Part shown: one piece after another, positions 56,270 to 64,000 of the stretch
Layout: every line of letters starts with the position of its first letter
Numbering within the stretch: position 1 is the first letter of the stretch
Source of the DNA: Flavipsychrobacter sp.
Lineage (GTDB): Bacteria > Bacteroidota > Bacteroidia > Chitinophagales > Chitinophagaceae
Assembly: GCA_016786565.1 (NCBI GenBank)
Contig: JAEUVY010000127.1
Coordinates: 4,476 to 68,475, forward strand
Length of the DNA: 64,000 bases
Reading direction: 5' to 3'
Position numbers and translations under genes: made by a program
The notes under the pieces: generated by a model
What the model saw: only the letters and a program-made list of their open reading frames with translations
What the model was told of the DNA's origin: nothing
Databases searched by the model: none

Positions 56270-57646
56270 CTATTTTCCCTGGCGTTCCTTCCACATCTTG
56301 TTAAACGACTTCTCTGCAAATCGCAGTGGCGTTCGGTGTTTCACCCATGTGTCTTCAAACAGTTTGTTCACCACCTTTCCCTTCATATTCGCGCTCGCCA
56401 GGTTCAGCATCGTCCGGCTCAGCATCGCGCGCTCCCACAGTGCCCACACTGCATGTTCACCAAAACCATTCAGATTGTCCTCTACAGCAATATGCCTGTT
56501 CTCCAGCAACATCTCATGTATGTTGATCTTCACCGGACATACCTCTGTACAGTTGCCGCACAAGCTGCTCGCATAACTCAGATGTTTGAATTCATTCATC
56601 CCCTCCAGGTGCGGAGTTATCACCGCGCCTATCGGGCCGCTGTAAGTAGTGCCATAGGCATGGCCACCTATATTCTTATATACCGGGCATGCGTTCAGGC
56701 AACTTCCGCACCTGATGCAGTACATGCTCTCACGCACTTCCTTCCGCAGCAGATTCGTTCTGCCGTTATCCAGCAATATCACATACATCTCCTCCGGTCC
56801 GTCAGTTTCATTCGCCCTTCTCGGTCCCGTAAAAATGCTGTTGTACACAGTCACTTGTTGCCCCGTGCCAAAAGTCGCAAGCAACGGCCAGAACAGTGGC
56901 AGATCATTGATCGATGGCAGCAATTTTTCTATGCCCACCACCGCTATATGTGTCTTCGGAAACGTTGTCGACAGTCGCCCATTCCCCTCATTCTCGGTCA
57001 CACACACACCGCCCACATCGGCCAGCAAAAAGTTACCGCCGGTGATACCTACTTCCGCCGTCACATACTTCTCTCTCAGGTTCTTGCGCGCCACCAGTGT
57101 TATCTCCGACGGGCTCAGGTGTGGCTCAGTGCCCAGCTTCTCATGAAATAGCTTGGCCACATCTTCCTTGCTCTTGTGCATCGCCGGCGTCACTATATGG
57201 TAGGGCGGCTCCTCGTCCAGTTGTTGTATATATTCGCCCAGGTCCGTCTCCACCGATTCTATACCATTTTTCGCAAAAAACGAATTCAGGTGCAGCTCTT
57301 CCGTCACCATGCTCTTTGCCTTCACCACCTGGCGTGTGTTCTTCTCCTTGCATATCTGCAGTATAGCCTGCCTTGCTTCTTCAGCGTCCTCAGCCCATAT
57401 CAGCTTACCGCCGTTGGCGGTAAAATTTTTTTCAAATTGCTCCAGGTACTTGTCAAGGTTCTCAATGGTCTTCCACTTTATGTTCTTGGCGCGCCTGCGT
57501 GCCAGCTCCAGGTTCGAATATTGCTTCTTACCTTTCACCACACTGTCATTATACTTCTGTATGTTGAACGCCACCTTTCGCTTGTGCTCCAGGTCATGCG
57601 CCTTCACCTCACTCTTCGCAAGAAATATGTTCTGTTGATTACCCAT
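56270..57646 (-). CDS. LutB/LldF-family iron-sulfur lactate-utilisation protein
   Basis: Two ferredoxin-type clusters, CIRCGSCLNACPVY and CGNCTEVCPVKI, plus a LUD-type N-terminal region. 458 aa. Confidence 0.82.
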   Translation of the reverse strand: MGNQQNIFLAKSEVKAHDLEHKRKVAFNIQKYNDSVVKGKKQYSNLELARRRAKNIKWKTIENLDKYLEQFEKNFTANGGKLIWAEDAEEARQAILQICKEKNTRQVVKAKSMVTEELHLNSFFAKNGIESVETDLGEYIQQLDEEPPYHIVTPAMHKSKEDVAKLFHEKLGTEPHLSPSEITLVARKNLREKYVTAEVGITGGNFLLADVGGVCVTENEGNGRLSTTFPKTHIAVVGIEKLLPSINDLPLFWPLLATFGTGQQVTVYNSIFTGPRRANETDGPEEMYVILLDNGRTNLLRKEVRESMYCIRCGSCLNACPVYKNIGGHAYGTTYSGPIGAVITPHLEGMNEFKHLSYASSLCGNCTEVCPVKINIHEMLLENRHIAVEDNLNGFGEHAVWALWERAMLSRTMLNLASANMKGKVVNKLFEDTWVKHRTPLRFAEKSFNKMWKERQGK

Positions 57647-57758
57647 GTAAACTCATTAATTATAACCCGGCGATACGTGCTCGTCAGCACCACTCATTAC
57701 ATGCTTCATAGGATGGGATAGAACAAACCTACACAATATATTCTTTGTGTGGTAGTTC

Positions 57759-59009
57759 CTACTGTTGCTTCTTCGGTCCGCCACCATTGCCCTTGTACCT
57801 CCGCTTTTTCTTGTTCGCTTGTCCTTCACCACCACTACCACTGCTGCGCTCACTGCGGGCTGCAGGTGTTGGTGCCGCGCCAAATTCCGCTGGAACCGGC
57901 AATTTCTCTACCTCCTTCCCTATCAGCTTCTCTATCTTATGAAACTTGAACTGCTCCTTGTCGGTGATGAACGTGTAAGCCGTTCCCTTTGAGGCGGCCC
58001 TCGCTGTCCTGCCTATACGGTGCACATAGTCCTCTCCGTCATGCGGCACATCATAGTTGATCACCAGATCTATGTCTTCTATGTCTATACCACGGCTCAG
58101 TATGTCTGTTGCCACCAGTATAGATAGTTTCTTACTCTTGAAATCAAGCAACACCTGCTCCCGTTGCTCCTGCTCCAGGTCCGAGTGTATACTACCCACC
58201 GGAAATTTCGCACGCTTCAGCTCTTCAAACAGCTTCTTCACACTCAGCTTGCTCGAGCAGAATACGACCACACTCGCAAATTCCTTCTGTTTCAGCACAT
58301 ACTTCACCAGCGCGGGTTTCTGCGGTTCATATACCAGGAACGCGCCCTGTGTTATCTGTTCCGGTGGCTTCGATATCGCAATGTTCACTTCGGCCGGGTT
58401 CACCAATATGGTATTGGCAAGCTTCCTGATGGCCGGTGGCATCGTCGCCGAGAAAAGCAGGTTCTGCCTTTCGTTCGGCAGATAAGAAATGATCTTGATG
58501 ATGTCCTCATAAAAACCCATATCCAGCATCCTGTCCGCCTCATCCAGTATCAGATACTTCAGTCCGCCCAGCTTCACATAACCCATGTTCAGGTGCGATA
58601 TCATCCTGCCCGGCGTACATATCACTATGTCCACGCCCGTTTCCAGTGCCTTCCGCTCCGATGCGAACAATGCTCCGCCCGTTCCTCCGTAAACCGATAT
58701 GAAACTTATGTTGGTATAGTACGCTATCCCTTCCAATGCCTGCGATATCTGTGTCGCCAACTCGCGCGTCGGCACTATGATCAGCGCGTTCACCGATCGT
58801 TCGTCATGCGGCTTCGTCAGCAATTGCTCCAGTACAGGCAGCAAAAATGCAGCCGTCTTGCCCGTACCCGTTTGAGCCGCGGCTATTATGTCTCTTCCTT
58901 CCAGTATCAGTGGTATTACCTGTGCTTGTACAGGGGTGGCTTTTTCATAGCCCATGGCATCTATGCCATCCATCAGATCATCATCAAAGCCAAAATCAGC
59001 GAAATACAA
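57759..59009 (-). CDS. DEAD-box ATP-dependent RNA helicase (RhlE-like) with basic C-terminal tail
   Basis: Motif I AQTGTGKT. Motif II LILDEADRMLD. SAT motif (LFSATMP). Motif VI HRIGRTARA. Confidence 0.95.
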   Translation of the reverse strand: MYFADFGFDDDLMDGIDAMGYEKATPVQAQVIPLILEGRDIIAAAQTGTGKTAAFLLPVLEQLLTKPHDERSVNALIIVPTRELATQISQALEGIAYYTNISFISVYGGTGGALFASERKALETGVDIVICTPGRMISHLNMGYVKLGGLKYLILDEADRMLDMGFYEDIIKIISYLPNERQNLLFSATMPPAIRKLANTILVNPAEVNIAISKPPEQITQGAFLVYEPQKPALVKYVLKQKEFASVVVFCSSKLSVKKLFEELKRAKFPVGSIHSDLEQEQREQVLLDFKSKKLSILVATDILSRGIDIEDIDLVINYDVPHDGEDYVHRIGRTARAASKGTAYTFITDKEQFKFHKIEKLIGKEVEKLPVPAEFGAAPTPAARSERSSGSGGEGQANKKKRRYKGNGGGPKKQQ

Positions 59010-59131
59010 AATATGTAGAATTTTTGCTAAGATACCAATTCACCGCCACATACACCGCTTGCACCTCACATCAATGTCATTATTACAAGGCTCTATATAC
59101 CCCTCCCGCAAAATAAACTACCTTTAACCCC

Positions 59132-59848
59132 ATGATTCCGGCTTGGCAAAAAGGAGTTGTTACACACATAGAACAGGCTACGTCCAACACACGCCGGTAT
59201 TGGGTAGAAATGCCCGAAAAACCCGACTTCAATTTTGTCCCCGGTCAGTTCGTCACCCTCGATCTCCCCATCCACGAGCAGCGCAACAAACGTTGGCGCA
59301 GCTACAGCATCGCCTCTATGCCTGATGGCACCAATGTCATCGAACTCATCATTGTGCATTTGCACGGTGGGGTAGGGTCTCGCTACATTTTCGAGAACGT
59401 CAAGGTCGGCGACTCGCTCACACTGCGTGGCCCGCAGGGCATTTTCACGTTACCCGCCGACAAAGACAAAGAACATTTCTTCATCTGCACAGGCACCGGC
59501 ATCGCCCCGTTCCGCAGCATGATCCGGTACATTCACCACCACAATATCAAAGGCTACAAGATCAATCTCATCTTCGGCACACGCACCATCGCCGATCTTC
59601 TGTACCACGATGAGATGCTCGATCTTCAGAACAAGGTCGAAGGATTCCGCTATATACCCACGCTCTCCCGCCAGCACTGGGAGGGCCACACCGGCTATGT
59701 ACACGAGATTTATGAAGAGTTATGCGCAACCCATCAGCCTGCATCATTCATGTTGTGCGGCTGGCGCGAAATGATCGACGAAGCGCGCGAGCGCATCCTC
59801 GCCCTCGGTTACGACAAACGCGATGTGCAGATAGAGATCTACGGCTGA
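59132..59848 (+). CDS. Ferredoxin-NADP reductase-like FAD/NAD(P)-binding oxidoreductase
   Basis: FAD-binding RSYSIAS. NAD(P)-binding FICTGTGIAPF. 238 aa. Confidence 0.82.
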   Translation: MIPAWQKGVVTHIEQATSNTRRYWVEMPEKPDFNFVPGQFVTLDLPIHEQRNKRWRSYSIASMPDGTNVIELIIVHLHGGVGSRYIFENVKVGDSLTLRGPQGIFTLPADKDKEHFFICTGTGIAPFRSMIRYIHHHNIKGYKINLIFGTRTIADLLYHDEMLDLQNKVEGFRYIPTLSRQHWEGHTGYVHEIYEELCATHQPASFMLCGWREMIDEARERILALGYDKRDVQIEIYG

Positions 59849-60270
59849 TCCGCGTTTGCCACCTCGTCAGCGGCTCCGAAATCATACTCTATCGCTTCCC
59901 ACAATTCTATTTTATTCCCTTCCGGGTCCATTATGTGGGCAAACTTCCCGTAATCATACACCTGCAGCTCACCTATTTGCTCCACTCCCTCTTTTTTCAA
60001 CTCGCCCAGCAGCCACTCCAGGTCCTCAACCCGCATATTGATCATGAAATCCTTTCCCGATGGCGCGAAATACTGAGTATCCGCCTTGAACGGATTCCAC
60101 ACGGTACTGCCCTTCTTCGACGGGTCTTCCGCATCCCTCCAGTCAAATACCGTCCCATAAGGGTCATTACCCAAACCCAGATGTTTGTGATACCACTCGC
60201 GCACACCATTAGGGTCCTGTGCCTTAAAGAAAATACCACCTATACCTGTTACTCGTTTTTTGTTTTCCAT
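59839..60270 (-). CDS. VOC (glyoxalase/bleomycin-resistance) family protein
   Basis: 143 aa. ..GIGGIFFKAQDP.. and ..KFAHIMDPEGNKIELWE are typical VOC strands. Confidence 0.7.
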   Translation of the reverse strand: MENKKRVTGIGGIFFKAQDPNGVREWYHKHLGLGNDPYGTVFDWRDAEDPSKKGSTVWNPFKADTQYFAPSGKDFMINMRVEDLEWLLGELKKEGVEQIGELQVYDYGKFAHIMDPEGNKIELWEAIEYDFGAADEVANADQP

Positions 60271-60340
60271 CTTCCTTACCTTTTAAAAACAACGAAGGCC
60301 CTGATTTCACAGAGCCCTCGCCTAAAATTTGTTATTGTTC

Positions 60341-60736
60341 TTATTCTATCGTCGCTGAGAACGCCTCCAGCTGCTCCATTATCTGTTGCTTGTTGGCTAT
60401 TATGTTCTCCTGACGCATTTTCAGCACCTGCGCAAACATATTCCTTTGCTTCACAGTCAATGCGCTGTATCTGCTCTTGTCAGCATCATTCTGTGCATGG
60501 CGCATCTTCTCCCGTGTCGACCCGAATTCGGCATTCGCCAATTTGTTGATCTCTGTGAAAAGCTGCTCAGCTTCGGCTTTCTTATCTTTATCCAGCAGTT
60601 TTCCCAACTCCGCCACCAGTGCCGAGAACTCACTTTTCGTCACTTCGGTCTGTTCGGTAACTACAACTTGCTGCGCCATAGCAGGCAACCCTGCAGTCAG
60701 CAAAAGTAAAGATGCGGATAAGACTTTAATATTCAT
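60341..60736 (-). CDS. Small secreted helical protein (paralogue of the next gene)
   Basis: Signal peptide MNIKVLSASLLLLTAGLPAMAQQ. The C-terminus ..LEAFSATIE resembles ..LEFAATIY of its neighbour. Confidence 0.6.
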   Translation of the reverse strand: MNIKVLSASLLLLTAGLPAMAQQVVVTEQTEVTKSEFSALVAELGKLLDKDKKAEAEQLFTEINKLANAEFGSTREKMRHAQNDADKSRYSALTVKQRNMFAQVLKMRQENIIANKQQIMEQLEAFSATIE

Positions 60737-60774
60737 GCTTTGTAGGTATGTGGCACGTTTCCGCACCCTTGCAA

Positions 60775-61167
60775 TTAATAGATGGTCGCTGCAAATTCCA
60801 ACAACTTAGCCTTTATAAGCACTCTGTTTGTTGCCAGATTCGGCTTCAGGTTCCACGCCGCCTGATAGATCACAGTCTGGTTATTCAGAATAGTCTCATA
60901 AGCGGTCTTTGCTGCTGGTGTCGGAGCTGTCAGTATGCTGTTCTTGGTCACACCAAGCACACTCAGCATCATGGTGTGTATTTCTTCCCATGTTGCCTGA
61001 GCCGCAGTCATGCTTCCGGCGCCTATCTGGCTGTCCATTAGATTCACTTTCGCGGTAAATGACGCTACCGTCACAGGTGCCGCTGCACTATACGCCGCTG
61101 CATGCTGGGTCGGAGCCACGCTCGCTGCAGCCGTCAAAAGGAAACACGCTATTAAAATACGCTTCAT
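60775..61167 (-). CDS. Small secreted helical protein
   Basis: Signal peptide MKRILIACFLLTAAASVAP. 130 aa. Confidence 0.6.
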   Translation of the reverse strand: MKRILIACFLLTAAASVAPTQHAAAYSAAAPVTVASFTAKVNLMDSQIGAGSMTAAQATWEEIHTMMLSVLGVTKNSILTAPTPAAKTAYETILNNQTVIYQAAWNLKPNLATNRVLIKAKLLEFAATIY

Positions 61168-61216
61168 TGTAGTTGAATTTTATTGATAAAGGTAATAAAA
61201 TGAATTAAAAAATCTG

Positions 61217-63139
61217 CTATTCACTATCTAAGACAGTAGCTCCCCCCTCATATAGTTGGGTCTTATACTTCAAAGAAGGCGATTTTAACAATTCACCCAG
61301 CCCCAGCTCACTCCATTTAGCATCTATTTTCGCTATTGTAGCGTCGTCCGCAGCTATTATATTCGGCCACGGCCTGTCAAAGTTATCGTACCGCTTTGTC
61401 TTCCTTGTTCCGTCCAGCCCCAATATCTGCTGCTGGTCCCCGGCATAGAAATTATCCCTTCTCGGGTCCAGATTGTTACAAAAACGCCACAAAACATCAG
61501 CAATATCGTGTATGTCCACGGTGTGCTCCACATAGATCACCATCTTCACTCCCTCCATTCCTGCCGCTCCGGCAATTCTCGTGTGCAGGTCGCGCACATG
61601 GCCGGGCCGATCCTTTTTCATAGACACCATCAACACCGGTATCTCCCATTGGCGCATCAGCACATCGTTCACGCCGTTCACCTCCGGCATATCAGCCATT
61701 ATCTGCTTTGCCGAGAATGCTGCCGATATTTTGTAAGGCTTCAACTCCTCGGTCTGTTCTTCTTCGGTCTTCCGCGTACCATCTATGCACATCTTACCGC
61801 CAAAACCCATCTTCGAGCAGCTATGGTCCAGCACATCCATCGGGCCCTGACTGAAGTACACATCGGTCACAGGGTTCAGATTGTCAAATACCTCTTTCGC
61901 CAGCTTCCCATAGTCGTCTATTTTTATTCCGTTCTGCCCCACACCGTTTGCCAGCACCAGAATCTTATTAAACATCATTTGTCCTGCCCCCCACATCGCA
62001 TTCATCACTTTCTGACCCTGTCCGGCATATTCCTTGTTTATCGTCGCTATCACCAGATTATGGAACACTCCTTCCACCGGCATATTCATATCAGTGATCT
62101 CAGGCACCATCGTCATTTTTATCGGCGTAAGGAAGATGCGCTCGGTAGCCTTCCCTATCCACGCGTCCTCCTGCGGCGGTATACCCACTATCGTAGCCGG
62201 GTATATGGCATCCTTTTTATGTGTTATCGCCGTCACATGAAACTTCGGGTACCAATCTGCCAGAGAATAATATCCTGTATGGTCCCCGAACGGCCCTTCC
62301 CATATAAGCTCTTCGCTCGGATCCACATATCCTTCGATAATGAAATCCGCATCTGCAGGCACTTCTATTTCGGGCTGGGTGATGCAGCGCACCATCTCCA
62401 CTTTCTTCTTGCGCAGAAATCCGGCCAGCATGTACTCATCCACATTCTCTGGTAGCGGAGCAGTGGCCGCGTATGTATATACCGGGTCTCCTCCCAGTGC
62501 CACTGCAACCGGCATTCTTTTTCCCAGTTTCTTGTACTCATTATAGTGCCTCGCCGACACTTTATGCTTGTGCCAGTGCATACCTGTCATTTGCTCATCA
62601 AACACTTGCATGCGGTACATGCCTATGTTACGCATTCCCGTATTCGGATCCTTGGTGTGTATCGCCGGCAGGGTTATGAACCTGCCTCCATCCTCCGGCC
62701 AGCACTTCAGCACTGGTATCTTGCTCAGGTCCGGCTTTGCCATCACCACTTCCTGGCAGGCGCCACGGCCACTCACCACTTTCGGCATGTATGAGGCAAA
62801 CTTACCCAGCTCGGGCAGCATCGCCAACTTGTCCAAGATACCGGCCTTGGGCGCAGACATCTTTTTCATCAGACTGTCTATGTCGTTCATCACCTCGTCC
62901 AGGTCGTTCACACCCAGTGCGATACACATTCTCCGTTCACTACCCATACTATTTATGAGTAGCGGAAACTGGGTCCCCGTGTTTTCAAATAGCAATGCCT
63001 TGTTCCGGTCAGGTGTCTTAGACACCCTGTCTGTGATCTCCGATATCTCCAGCTCCGGATCCACAAATGCCTTGATCCGCACCAGCTCTCCTGCCTCTTC
63101 CAGCTTTTCTACAAACGCTCTCAACGATTTATATGCCAT
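61217..63139 (-). CDS. UbiD-family (menaquinone/ubiquinone pathway) decarboxylase
   Basis: 640 aa. The N-terminus ..SLRAFVEKLEEAGELVRIK.. and the core ..GGRFITLP..TKDP.TG..N.GMYRMQV.. are typical of UbiD. Confidence 0.88.
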   Translation of the reverse strand: MAYKSLRAFVEKLEEAGELVRIKAFVDPELEISEITDRVSKTPDRNKALLFENTGTQFPLLINSMGSERRMCIALGVNDLDEVMNDIDSLMKKMSAPKAGILDKLAMLPELGKFASYMPKVVSGRGACQEVVMAKPDLSKIPVLKCWPEDGGRFITLPAIHTKDPNTGMRNIGMYRMQVFDEQMTGMHWHKHKVSARHYNEYKKLGKRMPVAVALGGDPVYTYAATAPLPENVDEYMLAGFLRKKKVEMVRCITQPEIEVPADADFIIEGYVDPSEELIWEGPFGDHTGYYSLADWYPKFHVTAITHKKDAIYPATIVGIPPQEDAWIGKATERIFLTPIKMTMVPEITDMNMPVEGVFHNLVIATINKEYAGQGQKVMNAMWGAGQMMFNKILVLANGVGQNGIKIDDYGKLAKEVFDNLNPVTDVYFSQGPMDVLDHSCSKMGFGGKMCIDGTRKTEEEQTEELKPYKISAAFSAKQIMADMPEVNGVNDVLMRQWEIPVLMVSMKKDRPGHVRDLHTRIAGAAGMEGVKMVIYVEHTVDIHDIADVLWRFCNNLDPRRDNFYAGDQQQILGLDGTRKTKRYDNFDRPWPNIIAADDATIAKIDAKWSELGLGELLKSPSLKYKTQLYEGGATVLDSE

Positions 63140-63221
63140 GCAACAAAGGTAGCAACGTCAGCCTTACCAGCCTCCACTGCCACCCTTCCCGGTCATAGAT
63201 TCTCTATATTCTTAAATAAGG

Positions 63222-63734
63222 CTACACCCCTGCATCAAACTCGCCCGTTATCACCGGCGTCACAGCCACATATGTTACCGCCGCCTGCGTACTTCTGTCA
63301 TCAAATGCCAGACTATACCGTATTTCACGCACCCTGTAACCGTCCGTCCTTTGCTGGCTCCTTGTGTTCTTCCTTATTAGGTACCCGAAACCCTCTCCCG
63401 CACTCCACCCGTGCAACGCCTTGTTCAACTTCCACTCCAACTCATAATACCCCAATGCTGCCTCCTTATATTCCTCCGGGGTACCGCTTGCCGTCGGCCC
63501 ATTCGGCGCGAAACCCAGCAACACACACACTGTCCCCTCAGCCGTCTGTACGTTCGACCCCAGATTGTCATATTCAAACGTTTCCATGTCTATCAGCACA
63601 CACGGCCACTGCACCGCCGGCCTGCTCTTGGCGTTCAGTTGTCCTCTGTCCTGATCCACCCAGGCTATCTCAGGCACTACAGCGCCTATACGCTCCTGCA
63701 TGTTTTTCAATAATCTCGAAAATGGCGAATTCAT
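63222..63734 (-). CDS. Phage-like structural protein (neck/tail-completion-like)
   Basis: 170 aa. The pattern ..IGAVVPEIAWVDQDRGQL...PAVQWPCVLID... resembles head-tail connector/tail-completion proteins as I remember them. The call is weak. Confidence 0.4.
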   Translation of the reverse strand: MNSPFSRLLKNMQERIGAVVPEIAWVDQDRGQLNAKSRPAVQWPCVLIDMETFEYDNLGSNVQTAEGTVCVLLGFAPNGPTASGTPEEYKEAALGYYELEWKLNKALHGWSAGEGFGYLIRKNTRSQQRTDGYRVREIRYSLAFDDRSTQAAVTYVAVTPVITGEFDAGV

Positions 63735-63757
63735 CTCTATTCAGTTTTTAGTTTTCC

Positions 63758-64000
63758 TCACGCCTGTTCCTTCACAGGCACACCATAGGTCTCACTCCAA
63801 TATTCCCTTGGTATATTCACTATCGCATTCAGCTCTTTGTCTATAGCCACTCTTTTGTACAGCTGTTCCACATCCATTTCTTTGGCAAATACAAACCGCC
63901 CCCCATCGGTGTCGTACCCATACGATCGCAATACGCTCAAAAACCGGGCACTGTTCAGCATCGACGCGGTATACGCTATATCTGCCTTCGTTATCTCAAA
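63758..64000 (-). CDS. 3' end of a gene running off the right edge (possibly phage portal, Mu gp29/DUF935-like C-terminus)
   Basis: The frame is open from 64000 down to the stop at 63758 (FEITKADIAYTASMLNSARFL...NIPREYWSETYGVPVKEQA). The terminal ..W.E.YG.P.. resembles remembered DUF935 tails. Only 80 codons are visible. Confidence 0.3.
   Translation of the reverse strand, partial: FEITKADIAYTASMLNSARFLSVLRSYGYDTDGGRFVFAKEMDVEQLYKRVAIDKELNAIVNIPREYWSETYGVPVKEQA

Overview
The window looks like Bacteroidota chromosome, probably Chitinophagaceae/Sphingobacteriia-like. Support: three secreted proteins carry C-terminal T9SS sorting domains, CarB is about 950 aa, there is an mreBCD operon, and genes pack tightly without Shine-Dalgarno sites. 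I saw no rRNA, tRNA, CRISPR array, integrase or transposase.

The window has five blocks:
1. 0.3-23 kb is accessory and repeat-rich. It holds a ParE/RelE toxin-antitoxin pair, a tripartite HipB/HipS/HipT-like module with a three-site operator array, and a class-II Fic protein behind a duplicated 34-bp palindromic operator. It also holds a visibly AT-rich 1112-aa reverse transcriptase-nitrilase fusion (DRT1/UG1-like defence RT) with a long ORF-free upstream region. Two imperfect inverted repeats of about 360 bp bracket the block.
2. 23-36.8 kb is core: hybrid sensor kinase, response regulator, M16 peptidase, thioesterase, carB and mreBCD.
3. 36.8-48.7 kb is a co-directional phage-like morphogenesis cluster running from prohead protease-scaffold and major capsid through sheath, tube and baseplate to tail fibre. 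It sits flush between mreD and pheS. No terminase, portal, integrase, lysis or regulatory genes are visible, and the fibre gene carries an in-frame TAG.
4. 48.9-63.1 kb is core: pheS, radA, an M3 peptidase, lutB, a DEAD-box helicase, an FNR-like reductase and a UbiD-family decarboxylase.
5. 63.2-64.0 kb begins a second phage-like gene set on the same strand. The particle genes are therefore split by about 14.5 kb of housekeeping genes.

All family assignments rest on motifs read by eye and remembered family signatures. No searches or computations were run.
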